A stretch of 64,000 nt of DNA. Origin: Hamiltosporidium tvaerminnensis FI-OER-3-3 (taxonomy: Eukaryota > Fungi > Microsporidia). Position 1 is the stretch's first letter. Every line of letters starts with the position of its first letter. The notes beneath the pieces were generated by a model that was not told the origin of the DNA, did not search any database, and saw only the letters and a program-made list of their open reading frames with translations. The DNA lies in the NCBI GenBank assembly GCA_022605425.2, contig CM061246.1:1054001-1118000 (forward strand). Direction: 5' to 3'. Positions 33,601-46,900 of this stretch are shown here, one piece after another. Both the position numbers and the translations under genes were made by a program.

Positions 33601-36600
33601 AGTTTGATAAGCCGAAACTAATACAAACACGAAGAATGAAAAAACAGTAAAAAATTGAGTTTCATTAAAAAAGACTTAAAGTCGAATTCAGCGACGAAAA
33701 ATTTGCAGCTCAATATTTTGGACACTTCAGGTTTACTTGTATTATTCAGCATTCGATTTTTCCATGTTATATGTTAGCTAAAAAAAACATAGTAGATCTA
33801 ATGATGTATATATAAACATCATTCGGTTCTTTTACTTCAAAAAACACTTATTTGAATGAACTAACCTTTAAAAGAATTTACGAAACAGAAGTTTTAAAGT
33901 TTAAAATTTTATAATCTTTAAATAAACAATTTCAAATGACCTTATAAGTTAAAAAATTATAACATTTTATAGTCTTTCACCAGTCAATAGTTTAAATCAT
34001 CATTTATTACACTCTTTATTTTTTTAACGAGTCTAATAACAAAGTATATACTATATTCGTTACGCTTTATTTTCTTATATAGAAAGGTTTACTTTATTTC
34101 TGTTATTGTTTATAAGTAAAATTTTTATTTTCTTATTAATTTGCAGCATTTAGCTATGATCACGATATTTTTCTGAAAATTTAAAATACTTATAAGGCCA
34201 TTTACTTAAATATATTGATACACCTCGAATATTATACAGAAATAAAAATAAAATTATTAGAATATCATATTTAAAAGCGGTATGTGTTAAGAAATTAAAA
34301 GATTTTTAAACATTTGTTCATGGAAATGCCTTAGTTATAGAAATATCTTAATTATTAAGTTTGAGTTTATATATTTATTCTAATGAAATGTGATTTCTTT
34401 TCTTTGCATGATCGTATTTCGAAACTTAAGTTAATATTATATATTTTCCAGACAGGTTTATAAATTTTTTAATACAATCATTTTTATCCCTAAAATTCTT
34501 AGCAAATAACCTAAAGCAATATATCTTTTTAACTTTAATTTTAAGAGAATGTAAAGAGTATCAACATAACTTCATTGTGCTAATCAGTAAAGAAACGGTT
34601 AAAACTATCAAGTAAGAATAGGATTCCTTGATTAATCTTATGGCGATTATAATTTTTGAGGGGTTTATCTATATTATAGAATATACATATACGTTGAACT
34701 TAGAAAAATGTAGCTTACAATGAAGGATTTAATATTACCGTTTTATAATATTGAACTTAATGCTACTCGTTGTTATTTATTTTTTATATTTGGAGCGTGT
34801 TTCTTTAGATTTTATTCCATTTTACAAACATGTAAAAGATACTTTAAATTTTTAAACACATAGTTGTTACGTTTCGTTTACGAATAAGAAAATATTTTAT
34901 ATAATTTTTATTTGTATGAAATTAGAAGAACTATAGTTCATATCAAGAAATCTTAGACAGCCAAACTGTTTTAAATTTTTTTTTCATTATAAGTTATATG
35001 TTTAAATCGATGTATTTGCGTTTTGGATATTTAAACATAGACAAGTATATTTCTCCCAAAATTCAAACCTTTATACGAGCATACTCCTTATACCTTTATG
35101 ACAAAATTTATCTGTCTTAAATTTTGAATCACAAATTTTTCTTGAATCTTCTTAACAATTTGATCTATATTATATAGTTTAGAACACAAAGATTTAATAT
35201 ATCTTATTTTTACTGTGCCTGAAACTTCCAAAGTAAAAGAAAATAAAAATCTCAACGTAGTTTAACCCAAAAAGAAAATAAATTTATAGTTTCTGAATTT
35301 TGTTAAGCCGTTGCACTAACTTACTTGCTCAAATGTAAGAAAAATAATTTACTTGCAAAAAGTAGAAATCATCACTAAGGAGATAATTAAATTATGCTTC
35401 ATGAATGAAAATAGTATTTATCGCTATTTTGAATAGAAACGATTTGCATTTTTACAATAATTTTTTTTTTATTCAAACACCATCTTTTTATTTAATTCGT
35501 AAGACGTGTAATTTCGGGTCTATGGTTTATAAAACTCTTAAACAGCTTTTTTTATGAACGATACAATTACTTGTAATGAAGTAAGTTAGATCAGACCCTA
35601 AATAATCCCAAACTATATTTTGGTGATTTAAATGGAAATATTTAGATCTAAAATACTATTTTACCGTTTGATTGTTTAAGAATATTATTTAATTATCTTT
35701 GATATAGGGTATCTTATGTTTCAACAATAGCATATTAAAATCTCATTAATCATATAGAATCATTGATATACAAATATATGAGATCTCGCTAATATTTTCT
35801 GTTTTTTATTTATGATTCAGGCTTATACTGCATTTATGTATTAAACAATTCAACTAGATTTTACTTTATGAAATTACAAAAACAACTTTTTTGGTAAAAT
35901 TTCCTCAATACAGTTTTGTTATAATATTATGGATTTTTGCAGCTGAGAATACTACTATTGTCCGAATACATAACTCCAAAAACTGGAAAGCAAAAATTTC
36001 TCTTGATTTTTAATTACCAAAGACCGAAACATATAGTTTTATTCTACTTTTTCAGAAACGAAAAGCGAACTATTGTCAATCTTAAAACATAAAAAAAAAT
36101 GCAGACACAGACCAGAATGAACTATCTAAGAATGGGTACTAAAAACATAAGCGATCTATTCACAACCAAATTTAAGAAATATTAGAAAGACAAACAAAGC
36201 GAATGAAATCAAGTTAGAGCCATAGTTACTGGCTAAAATAATCTATTATGATTAGCCGTTTCACTTTAAAAGTTATGACACATGCAAAAAGTAGTCATAA
36301 AACTATATAGATTAAAACAATTTCTTATTTGAATTTTTAAAACATTTATTTTGGACATTTGTATACAAAATGATGTTTATATAGAAAGCTTATAAAAGTA
36401 CTTCTCAAATCAAACAAAACACTTATAAACATAGCAATACTATATGAGAATTTTATTCAATATTTGTATAGCCAGTCAAGAATACCAAATAAAATATATG
36501 CATTCATATTGTTATAAAATTTTGACGAATATACTTTTCATTAATATAAACTATACGTAATGCTTAATACATTATTCTAAACCCAAATGAACTAATATAT

Positions 36601-38679
36601 TTTTCTCCACTTGCATTAAAGATATAAAATTATATTTTAACTTATAAAAACATATAACATTACATTTTCCGTCGCAAAAAAACAATCCTTCTGAAACAAG
36701 ACTAAATATTTCTGCCCATAGTTTATTCTACAATGAAAAACATCATTCTCTAATAGACGTTCAATTGTAGTTAAATGGCATAAATAATAAACAAGATTCC
36801 CAATATTTAGTTGCAATGCCGAATTAAATATAAAAAAACTTTTATATGAAAACGTGTCACTTTTTTTAGAGCCCTAAATGTTTTACAAAAATTCTTTTAA
36901 AGTATGATATTTTTTGATGCTTATAGCAAGAAAATATGCCAAATTTATATCATTTTCTATATTATTGTTATAGTTCTTCTTTTCCATTTTTGCAATCTTA
37001 ACGATTTATAGTTTAATTTTGCGCTTGGAAAACCTAAACTTTAAATATAAATTCAAGTTTTTTTTGTCTATCTATGATAAATAAATGACCAAGATAATTA
37101 TACAAGTATTTCACAATAAAACTAACGATTCTAAGAACATTATTTAAAAGTTCAAAATCTAAATCTGCCTAAATATATTTGTTCTTTTGTAATTTTATTT
37201 TTCTGTTTTGTAGCATTCCAGAAAGAACAAACAATTGCAATTCTTACACCAAAAATAGAAAGCTTAAATTACGCTCAAAGGATTAAATATGTGAAATGAA
37301 ATTATAAAGCACAGTGATTGGTGGCAAAATAGCATAACGCAAGTATTTTGATTTGATAAAGTAATATCAAGTTAAGCTGTACAGAGACGTTATGCATTAG
37401 GAATGCAAGTTATTGCAATATTCTATAAACAACAGACAAATAAACTATTTTTTTGTTTTTTTCCGAATAAGTCTCTAAAGTATCTTAATATTGGTAGAGT
37501 TTACTGTTTCTATTCTAATCGCACCAACACGCAATTTCAGACTGAATATTCTATTTTTTTATGATATGATATGTCATCAAATGCTTTTTAAACATAGATT
37601 CTATGGTAAAAATTCCAACATTTTATATACGGGTTTGCCTTTTATAACATTTAATCTAACCTAACTCTACTCTTTTTAAGAATCCATAAACTATATAATT
37701 AAAATTAATAAAAACAAAAATTTGCATTTATTACGTATGTAGTAAATAACTATAATTAATGGTTGAAACAATGTTGTATTTCCTTTGAGCAAAAAGTAAA
37801 AAGCATTAGAACAAAACATTATAATTATTGCGCTAAAACCTTGCTTTTGGTATTGAAATGTTAAATGATAATCAATTTTTTTAAGATTCGATTTAATCAT
37901 TTTATTTTCTATAGATCGATTATTTTTTTATACATTTTATTTAAATATTAAAAAAGATTTGAAACAGATCCTAAAATGAGATTAGAAACACTTTTGGTAG
38001 ATCGAACTTAAAGATATATTATGGACATTTTTACAAACCAAACAATATATGCCTTATCATATATTTTTTTGCACCATATTCTTTCAGTCATATTATCATA
38101 ATACATGTTTATTAAATTTTGAAAATAAATAAATAATCTATTTATAAATTTATACTTAAATTTAGCAAAAGTATCCAATGTTTTTTCAAAAAGTTTCGGC
38201 ATTAAACAATCAAGCAAACATAAGTCAAATCTTCGGATTTTAGATATAATTTTCAAAACGGTTAAATTCCAAAGCGAAGAATACAGAGTGCAGGAAAATA
38301 AAAACAAAGAAATATCGTTTAAACAACAAAATTGTCCTAGTATTTAGCCAAACAACTCTTGATTTTCATGCATAAAAAAGGTTTAGCCACATTTTTTTAA
38401 CATGGAATACCGATAAAATTGATATCGATTTCTTTACATGGTAAGAAAACATAGAAACATACTGATTCATTATAGACATTCATACAGCTTTCTTTTAAGA
38501 TATGCTGAAAATTGTCTCATATATTCACTAGAATGTAAATTTTATCGTTTTTTCACTAATGTTTATATTTATATCATATATTTTTTTTAATTAGGTTAAT
38601 GCTTTCTTTAAAACCCTATCTTGGTTTATCTCCAGGTTTACATAAGAGAATAAATAAGTTTTTTATAGTTCTACTTATT

Positions 38680-38912
38680 CCCATTATGCCGGAAGCAGAA
38701 TTGGCTTGGAGTATTACCTGCTTGTCGTAGGAGGCTATTAAAAAAGATTGGTCTTCCAGATTGGTGGTTAGCGTAGGGCTACAACTCGCCCATTAAAACA
38801 ACCTTGTTACGAGACCAAAACAAGTAATTGAACCCACGGAAAAGAGACCGGTGAAAAGTATTACTTGGAAAGCTAAAGCTCAAAAAGGGCTGTAGTTCAG
38901 AGGAGGAATAAT
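38680..38912 (+). mobile_element. RTE-derived SINE-like element, copy 2 (more diverged)
   Basis: First 64 nt match copy 1 at 56/64. Colinear middle (aacccac..ggaaaa.gac..gtg..agtattact) and 3' end (aagctcaaaaagggctgtagt). Confidence 0.75.
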
Positions 38913-41900
38913 CATACCTAGCATTTTTTTTTTACAAATGAGTTGAAAAAGTTCAAGACACAAGCAAAATAGGATCTCTATTATAAAATTCAATATGGAT
39001 ATGTAACAAAATCTTAGCAGATTTTAATAATTTTTTGTAATTTTCAGTATAATCATTTGCTTTATTATTTATGAACCATCAATATTTAACCATAATTCCG
39101 CATTAAAACATCGTATATAAGTAGTTTGAACCAAGAACACACAATGTATTATAATATAATTTCTAATTTTTCATAGCAGCAAAAAAGGGACTCTTTTATG
39201 CGAAGATATCTGATATTTAATCAACTTATAAAAAATAATTTTTTTCTCTTCTTTTAACAGCCCAAATTTTCAAAAATCACAAATAAATACATGTGTTCTA
39301 CATACTATTAACGATATGCTAATATTTAGTAATTTTTATAGATTTTTGTAAAAAACGCAAAGAATTCGTGCGAATTTGGATTATGGATTGACATATTTTA
39401 GACTTTTATAAGTAAATTTACATAACCATATTTATTCTTTAGTTTTAATGCTTCTGTTGTCTTTCGCTTTCAATACTATCAAATTTTCAAATTTATTAAT
39501 ATTAATATACTTTATTTAATTTTTCGAACATATGACTTTGTTTCGGAAATGCTAAATTGATATACGAAATTTTGGTGTCCAGTTTTATAACTTAAGCTTT
39601 AATAGGATTGTTTATGATAATCTTCGTATTCGTTTAAAGTTTAAGAAAGGTTATAAATACAAAAATGTAATTCTAACTAAGTCTAACAGAATTTTCGACA
39701 ATTTTAGGCTAGTAAATCGAAGCTGGATAAGGACTATATTAGATATGGAATTTAAATAGAAGCTATATTTGATAGATTAATTATGTTATAAATATTTAAA
39801 CACTAGAAATGTATAGAATAAGTCAACCAAATGTAAATTTCAGGGTTTTTTAAATCATAGTGTAAGAAAAATAAAAAGCGTACTCTTCAATGGGTATGAG
39901 ATAATTCCTTTGTAAATAGCAACTAAGATATTGCTTATTACGTATACAATAATAATTAATCCGAAATGAAATTAAAGACTAAAAAAATAATACAAATTGT
40001 AGATTTTATGGCAGAATACTATTAAAAATTAAGTATCAATCTAATAGTTTTGTTCAATGTCTTGTCCCATTTAATTAAGCAGAAGATGATATATATTGTA
40101 TTGCAAGAGGTAATCGAACCTGTTTTAATTCCAGTTGAAAGAAACGGAAAATATTTTTGAATTTTAAATTGATTCTTTTCCGATCGGCAAACCAAGTGTT
40201 GAGTGTATATTATTTATTTTTAACAGTAAAATTACTACCTCCAATTTTTTTATATATTCTTAAAACCAAATCAACTAAAAATTGTTTCATGGTATAAATT
40301 AAAAATTAAATAAATATATAGTTGCACCAAAATAGTTGTAAGATAAGTCATGAAAAATCTTACAGCGAAACAAAATACCCTATGTTTTATTTTATAATAT
40401 CAAATATCGATATCTGGAATTAAATTCACAAAAAAACATTGTTGCTGAAATTTTTAATATACTCTGAAAATTTTTTAGCTTTTACAAATATTTAAACATT
40501 CGTTAAAATCTATTCAAAAATACAGAATAATACAAGAGATTTTAAATGTAAATTGAATGCTCCTAATTTCAAGATAGAGGTTCCAAAAACCCTACATGCA
40601 AAATATTCTATGTATTTTGCGTTATATATAATTATAGAACAACAAAGGAATAGTTTAACTAACGGCAACATGTAATTTCAATATATTATTGCATCATAAT
40701 ATGTAAATTTTATATTCATGCCTAATTTTATAATTTTAATAATATATAATTGATTACAATTTCAAGGAGGCTGTTTCTCTATAACCCTATTTGTCAAATA
40801 TTTTTAGTCAACAAAAGCTGGAATAAATATTTTCTTTTTATGTCAACTTATAAAATTTAACATATCTCTTACTTTATTTTTAAAGAATTTTAACTCCAAA
40901 AATTTTCTTCATCAATGATATTCTGGAAATATATTTTAAATATTTATATAATGAGCAGATAATTTCATAAAAGGTAAGCAAGAATTTCTTATTTACAACC
41001 ATAAATAAAGTGAACTTTCATGTTTTATAATATACATTTTAAACAAAACAAAAAAATACAATCAACTTTAACTATTATAAACAAACTAAAAAAATACGTA
41101 GATTTACTTTGAATATTTTTAGAAAAAATATTTTTAAGGTTACTTTTTATTTTTTTGTTTATTTTATCGAGTTTTAAATTGTGCTTAATGGAGCTCTACA
41201 AAACAAAAATTTATTCAAATTTATTTAAATTTAAATTTTTTTATCCTTGAAAGCCTAAATATAAGTATTATATCTACAAAAAAAAGCTTGTTTTTCATAA
41301 TCTTTTATTTTAAATATTCTCTCTTTATGTAATCATAGCGCAGACAAACCAGAAATTATAATATGATATTATATCTTAATAAAAAAACAAAATTGTAATT
41401 CCTTCTTAAATCGTTCTTTATATTTTATCAGAAATTATAATATTTCTAGAAGTTCAGAATTTGAATTACCGTTTTACTTTAATGTTATTTGAAACATCTT
41501 TTGTGGCTCATAATTGCCACTAAATATTTTTAAGTTTACAAGCCGATTCGCCGTTGAAAATAAACCTTCAAATGTCATGAAATGATCGCATCTATAGTTT
41601 TAAGATCAAATGGTTTTATTCGGAAATATATTATATGAAGTAAATTATGTTTGAATAACTCATAAAAACGTTATAAAATAAATAAAACTTAATAAATAAT
41701 AGGAATGAGAAAAATATGAGCAAGTTTAAATTTCTTGCCAAATATTTAAAAATTAAATGACTTTTGTTTAGACTTTCATTTTTATTTTTGAATTGAAAAA
41801 GCTATCAATATATTTCAGTTTGTATCACATGGATTACAAATGAACACAGATATACCTATAGAACATACAAATTAACCTTTACGTATAAGAAAATGGCATC

Positions 41901-44299
41901 TTATTATAATCTTTTACCGCAAGTCTCTTAATAAACGATATTCATAGGAGAAAATACCGATCATAAATTTATTATTTGAAAAGTTCAAAAACGTTTTATA
42001 ATTTGCAATCATCTTTGTATCACAATAAATTTTTATTTGTCTTTTTGGTCTAGAATACTTTCATGCGAGTATATAACACTTCAAACCGGTTTCCATTAAA
42101 AAAATATAAGACTCAATCAGATTAAATATGTAAACAATCAAATAAGTCATATAAATTATTCTAGCCAAAAGTAATTAATTTTAAATATTTAGTTAATATC
42201 ATTTTAAATAAATTAAACACCAAATTAAATTGAGAAAATTAAAAAAAAAAATAATTTAATATTTTTATAGCTGTAATAAGCGTAAAGCGTTGAAAAATAT
42301 TGAGGTCTGTCAATTATGTATATTTAAGAAAATTCGATTAGATAATTAAGCATGCTGTAAATCCATGATTTGAACAGAATCTAATATATCGTAATATTGC
42401 TCTTTTTTATTTACAAATGTTTTATATAAGCATATGTACAAACAAATGTTACATTCGCTTTATAACGATTCCAAAAATAGTTTAAAAGAAGTTTTAACTC
42501 ATAGGTTACAAATATTGACTGATAATTTTAGCAAGAAATAAATACAGATTTATCCAGAGAATATAATATTATAAAACTATATGTTAAAACAGGAATAACC
42601 ATCCCAAGAACTATCTTTTTAAGAATTATAAAATGAACTCAGAATTATATATCGTTGTATTTTTGGTTTAATACAAACTATGCACCATTATCAGATATTT
42701 TATGGACATGTATGATGTGTGAAAATCTCAAATTAAGTAAGCTTGTATAGAGATTTTTTAAAGCTCTTTATTCACTATAATATAACCCAAGTTTTGAGCT
42801 ACAAACAATTTTACTGTAAAATCAAGAATAACAAGCTATTTTAATTTGTTATATAAATCAGCTAATGGTGAATACAAAAAGGTATAAATGTAGGGAATCC
42901 AAAGCAGCCAATTAATCAACAATATATAATTAAATGATGTTTCAATTTTTATAAATCACAATCTAAGTCCGAAATATATCTTTGCAAGAATTTTTTTTTG
43001 TAAGAAAACTAAGAGAAGAAATGAATACTATTTGTCTCAAAGCCCAAAGGTAGATTGTGAGCTGCGATCACAAACAGGCAATTGACAATTACAATTCCGG
43101 GGAAGCTTTTATCTTGCTTAATTAGCAGTTTAATCTCCTCAAATGAAAAGGCTTCGGATAATACTCTAAAAGCTACTGATTATATAATAGCTATTTATCT
43201 ATGTAAAATCTAGAATATAAGTTACAAATAAGGTAAAAAAAATAATATTTAGTGCAAAAAAATAAATGCTATATATTCGAAAAAATGTAAAATTATAAAG
43301 ATCGCCAAAGAATTTCTATACCGACCAAATATTTTTAAACTATTAATTTATGCAAGTCTATTCTTTTTTTGGCTTGAAATTCTAGGAAAGTCTTAGCTAA
43401 ATTCCTACAAAGTAAGTACATGTAAGAAAACTGAACTTTTGTCTAATTTCATTATAAATTAGATAATTCTATAGTATATATTTATTTTAAGAAACAAGAC
43501 TCATAACAATTTTTGTGAAAATTAGTATTTATTCGTTATTTTTATATATAAAAATCGTTTTACTGCAAAAAAAACATCATAAAACACGAATTCGGTATTT
43601 TTTATACTTCATTGGCCCCAAAATAAAAGCAAAAAATTAAACTTTTTTTATTGCTGATTTTAACGATTGTTCCCAATTCTTATTCTATTAGAATCAAAGT
43701 ATGGGGTACTTCTTCAATTGCACATGTAAAATAAATCATTTTGAAGGTGAGAATCAGAGCCGTCAATAAAAAGAACGGAAATTCTCTTATTAAATTGTGA
43801 AAGTAGAAACAGAGTAAAGAAATATAAGCAATGCACACAAAAAACCATCCATACGATCTTATAGATAAAACAGATTCATATTCCAGTCAAATATAGATAC
43901 TACATAATATTACAAATCATTCAACTTAGCTTTGCCCAATTACCCATCTCATTTTTAGTCAAAGCTTCGACTTATAGAAATCGCTAATATAAAAACTTTT
44001 TATAAAGACCATTCCCACAAGAATTTGGCTCACGGTACAGTTTACAATATTCATTCTGTAATATCACAAAATAAATGTAAGTAAATCATGTATTTATAGT
44101 ACATAAATATTTATAAAAGAATGCTTCAAACTAGCCTAACAAAGCTTTAAAGGCCCTTCATAAGAAAATATATTGTATCCACACTTTATAAATGCGGGAA
44201 TACTCAGCAAGCAAAAGTCGGAAAATATAAGGCGCAAAACTATAAATGTTGTATTTAAAATCAGGATTGTCTCACAAAGTCATGTAACCCGACAGACCT

Positions 44300-46900
44300 A
44301 GTGTTAAATATCTGCCTAAGATAACTGCTTGCGTATAATAGCAGTAGTTTCCCTATATTAAATCTATTTAGACAATTTGAACCCAAAAGCCATTTATTCC
44401 ATTGTTCGATTTCCAAACCCCGAATCATATTGGGAATTGCATTTAATTAAGCAGAATCCGAAGACTTAGTATAACCTAAACCACAAGAATATTTTATTTC
44501 TGTGCAGATTAACTATGACGAAGTTACATAAAGAGAGCTTAAACTTGTTTTGGCAGAAAAAGCCAATGTCTCCGAGTTCTTTATTTTCAAAAAACTCGCC
44601 GAGACTGCTCGTGAGCACGAAAACTTGGGTCATTTTAACCAAAGAGAGAACAAACAACAAGCTATCGTAGTTATAATTATAATAGTAAAACTAAGCTACT
44701 CTCTAATAAAATAAACGGTCTTTTTATGTTTACAGAAAAAAACCTTACATAACAACTAAAATTTACTTTAAAAACAAAACAATGCCTTCAACTTGTCTTG
44801 AAGTGAGTTTTTTCGTAAATTTTTATGGCCTCACATCAAGCATGTTGTGAATTATGATGAAATAGCTTACTCTAGATTCATAGAAGATAATAAGAATGAT
44901 GACATAACACATATACTATGTATTTAACCTTTTATTTACCCAACTTCTTTAGCTCGTATTTTTGCAGATTAAAGTTGATTGCTGTATATTTATTTATAAC
45001 TGTGAAGTTGTGTAAGTTCTATGGCAATTATTTTATAATCAGGAAATTTACAGCATTACGAAACTTCATTATGATATAGCGAAAACAATATGTTTTTTTA
45101 GAAGATTATAAACCGGTTTATTTTTCTATTGACCTAGGTGTTAGATTCTATACCCAATGCTACAAAATGACTCTCGAATGCAGGCTAATACCGAGTATAT
45201 CAACGTCTAGGAAAAAAGTTAAACAAACATTATAATACGCAATTCCAAAATATGATATGAAAAATTTTAGTTTTGGCTTGTAAGAGTTTTACAATAAGCT
45301 AAAAAAACCTTATTTATTTCACATTAAATAAACATTAAGGAAGCAATCTTAAAGTAGCCTATATTTTATACGAGAAAAGCTCATCATAGTAAATTACTGT
45401 TGAATATTTTAACAATTAATTAATTTAATTATCAGAATTCTGTGTTGGTAATTCATACATTCGTCAATAGTGCAATACCAAAATAAAATATTCATATTTT
45501 ACTATAAAACTAAAAAATTATCAACAAAAAGATAGAAGAAAAATCATATATATATATATTTGGCTTATCTTTATTATATAAGTTATTTATGATTTGTTGA
45601 GTAATTTCAAACAGGAAAAAGAGGAAAACGAAGATATGTTCGAGTAAATGTTTTGGTAAAATCCATCATCTCCTGTTTATTGATATCCTTAAACTCTTAT
45701 AGTCGAGGAACCAACCCTAGCTTCAAGCAATAGGATATTACAATTCTTCTTGCTAAAAGTAAAGCCAGAGCTTAATATAAAAATAGTACAAATAATACAT
45801 AGTGTGTAGAGACTAGAGATTTACAAAAATAAGATGGTTCTTAAAACCTTTTGGCAATAACAATAAATTTAAATGTGAACCTATCCCTAGGTTTATGTCT
45901 TAAGCCAAAGAAAACTGAAAAAGACGAACAAACATGTCTTCTTCAATTTAATGCACGAAATTACTTCAATGAGAGTTATGAGCATGTTATATCGTTAATA
46001 TTTACAATGTGAAAGAAATATAACTTGAACCGGCTGTTTTTTAAAGTCAGATGCTGCTCTATGTGCAAAGTGTTAAAAACATAAATGAATTTTAGACAGT
46101 GTAAAAATCGATTTCTGATATCAGACCCGAACTCTATAATGATCTTCCCGGTTTTGAGTTCTAAATCCGACTTGTCTTTAGAATTCTTGCCCTTCTAAAG
46201 ACGATATATTGTGAGAAAAACAACTAAATCTATAAAGGTAAATGATACCAAACCTTAAATTGCTCTCCATATAGCTCATCACATTTAAAATGTGGCAATA
46301 GTTTTTATAGAAATAAATTTTAGCAAAACTACAACCAAAATGTTATTTAACTAAATAGATAACACAAAATATATTTCAAGTCATAGATTGAGGAAAACGG
46401 ATAGACGTTTTGGCGAGTCCCTGATACAAGATAGAATAGAAAAATTAAGTCAAATAACAAGTCGGTTTCCGTTATATCCAAGATAAAGTTGTATTCTTAG
46501 TATAGAAAAAGAGTGTAAGATTGATTGGTCTCTTTAAAGTTTATGTAACATTTAGCTAAATAGAAAAAAGAGCATGAATATTCTAATACTCGATACAATG
46601 AAGCGGTTAGGTATTTCATTGTAAGTATCTTTTAATTATTATACGTTTAAGTTGTCAAAACGAATTAAAAGTTATCTAATTCAAAAAATTGTTACAATTA
46701 ATTAAGCAAGACTAAGGCTGGATGTCTAGACGGGCCCCAGGTATATAAATTCTAGCCAGGAAATATAAGAATTTATACATATTAACGTTGGAATCTCCTT
46801 AAGGGGCTCGCTTAAGACCTTTTACACCGAAGAAATGTCTTACTAAGAAATATTAGAAAAGGACATGGCTTTAAATATAAATACAAACGAAGGCTAATGT
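44300..46900 (+). mobile_element. Heavily decayed Ty3/Gypsy LTR-retrotransposon pol relic
   Basis: Motif remnants in Gypsy order: RNase H end ELNIKIVQI (45768), integrase Zn-finger LQCERN (46002), core RRFG/VPD (~46403-46425), YSNTRYNEAV (~46519), GPY/F-like LDV*TGP (~46718). Region is less AT-rich than its flanks. No LTR pair found; boundaries approximate. Confidence 0.5.
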
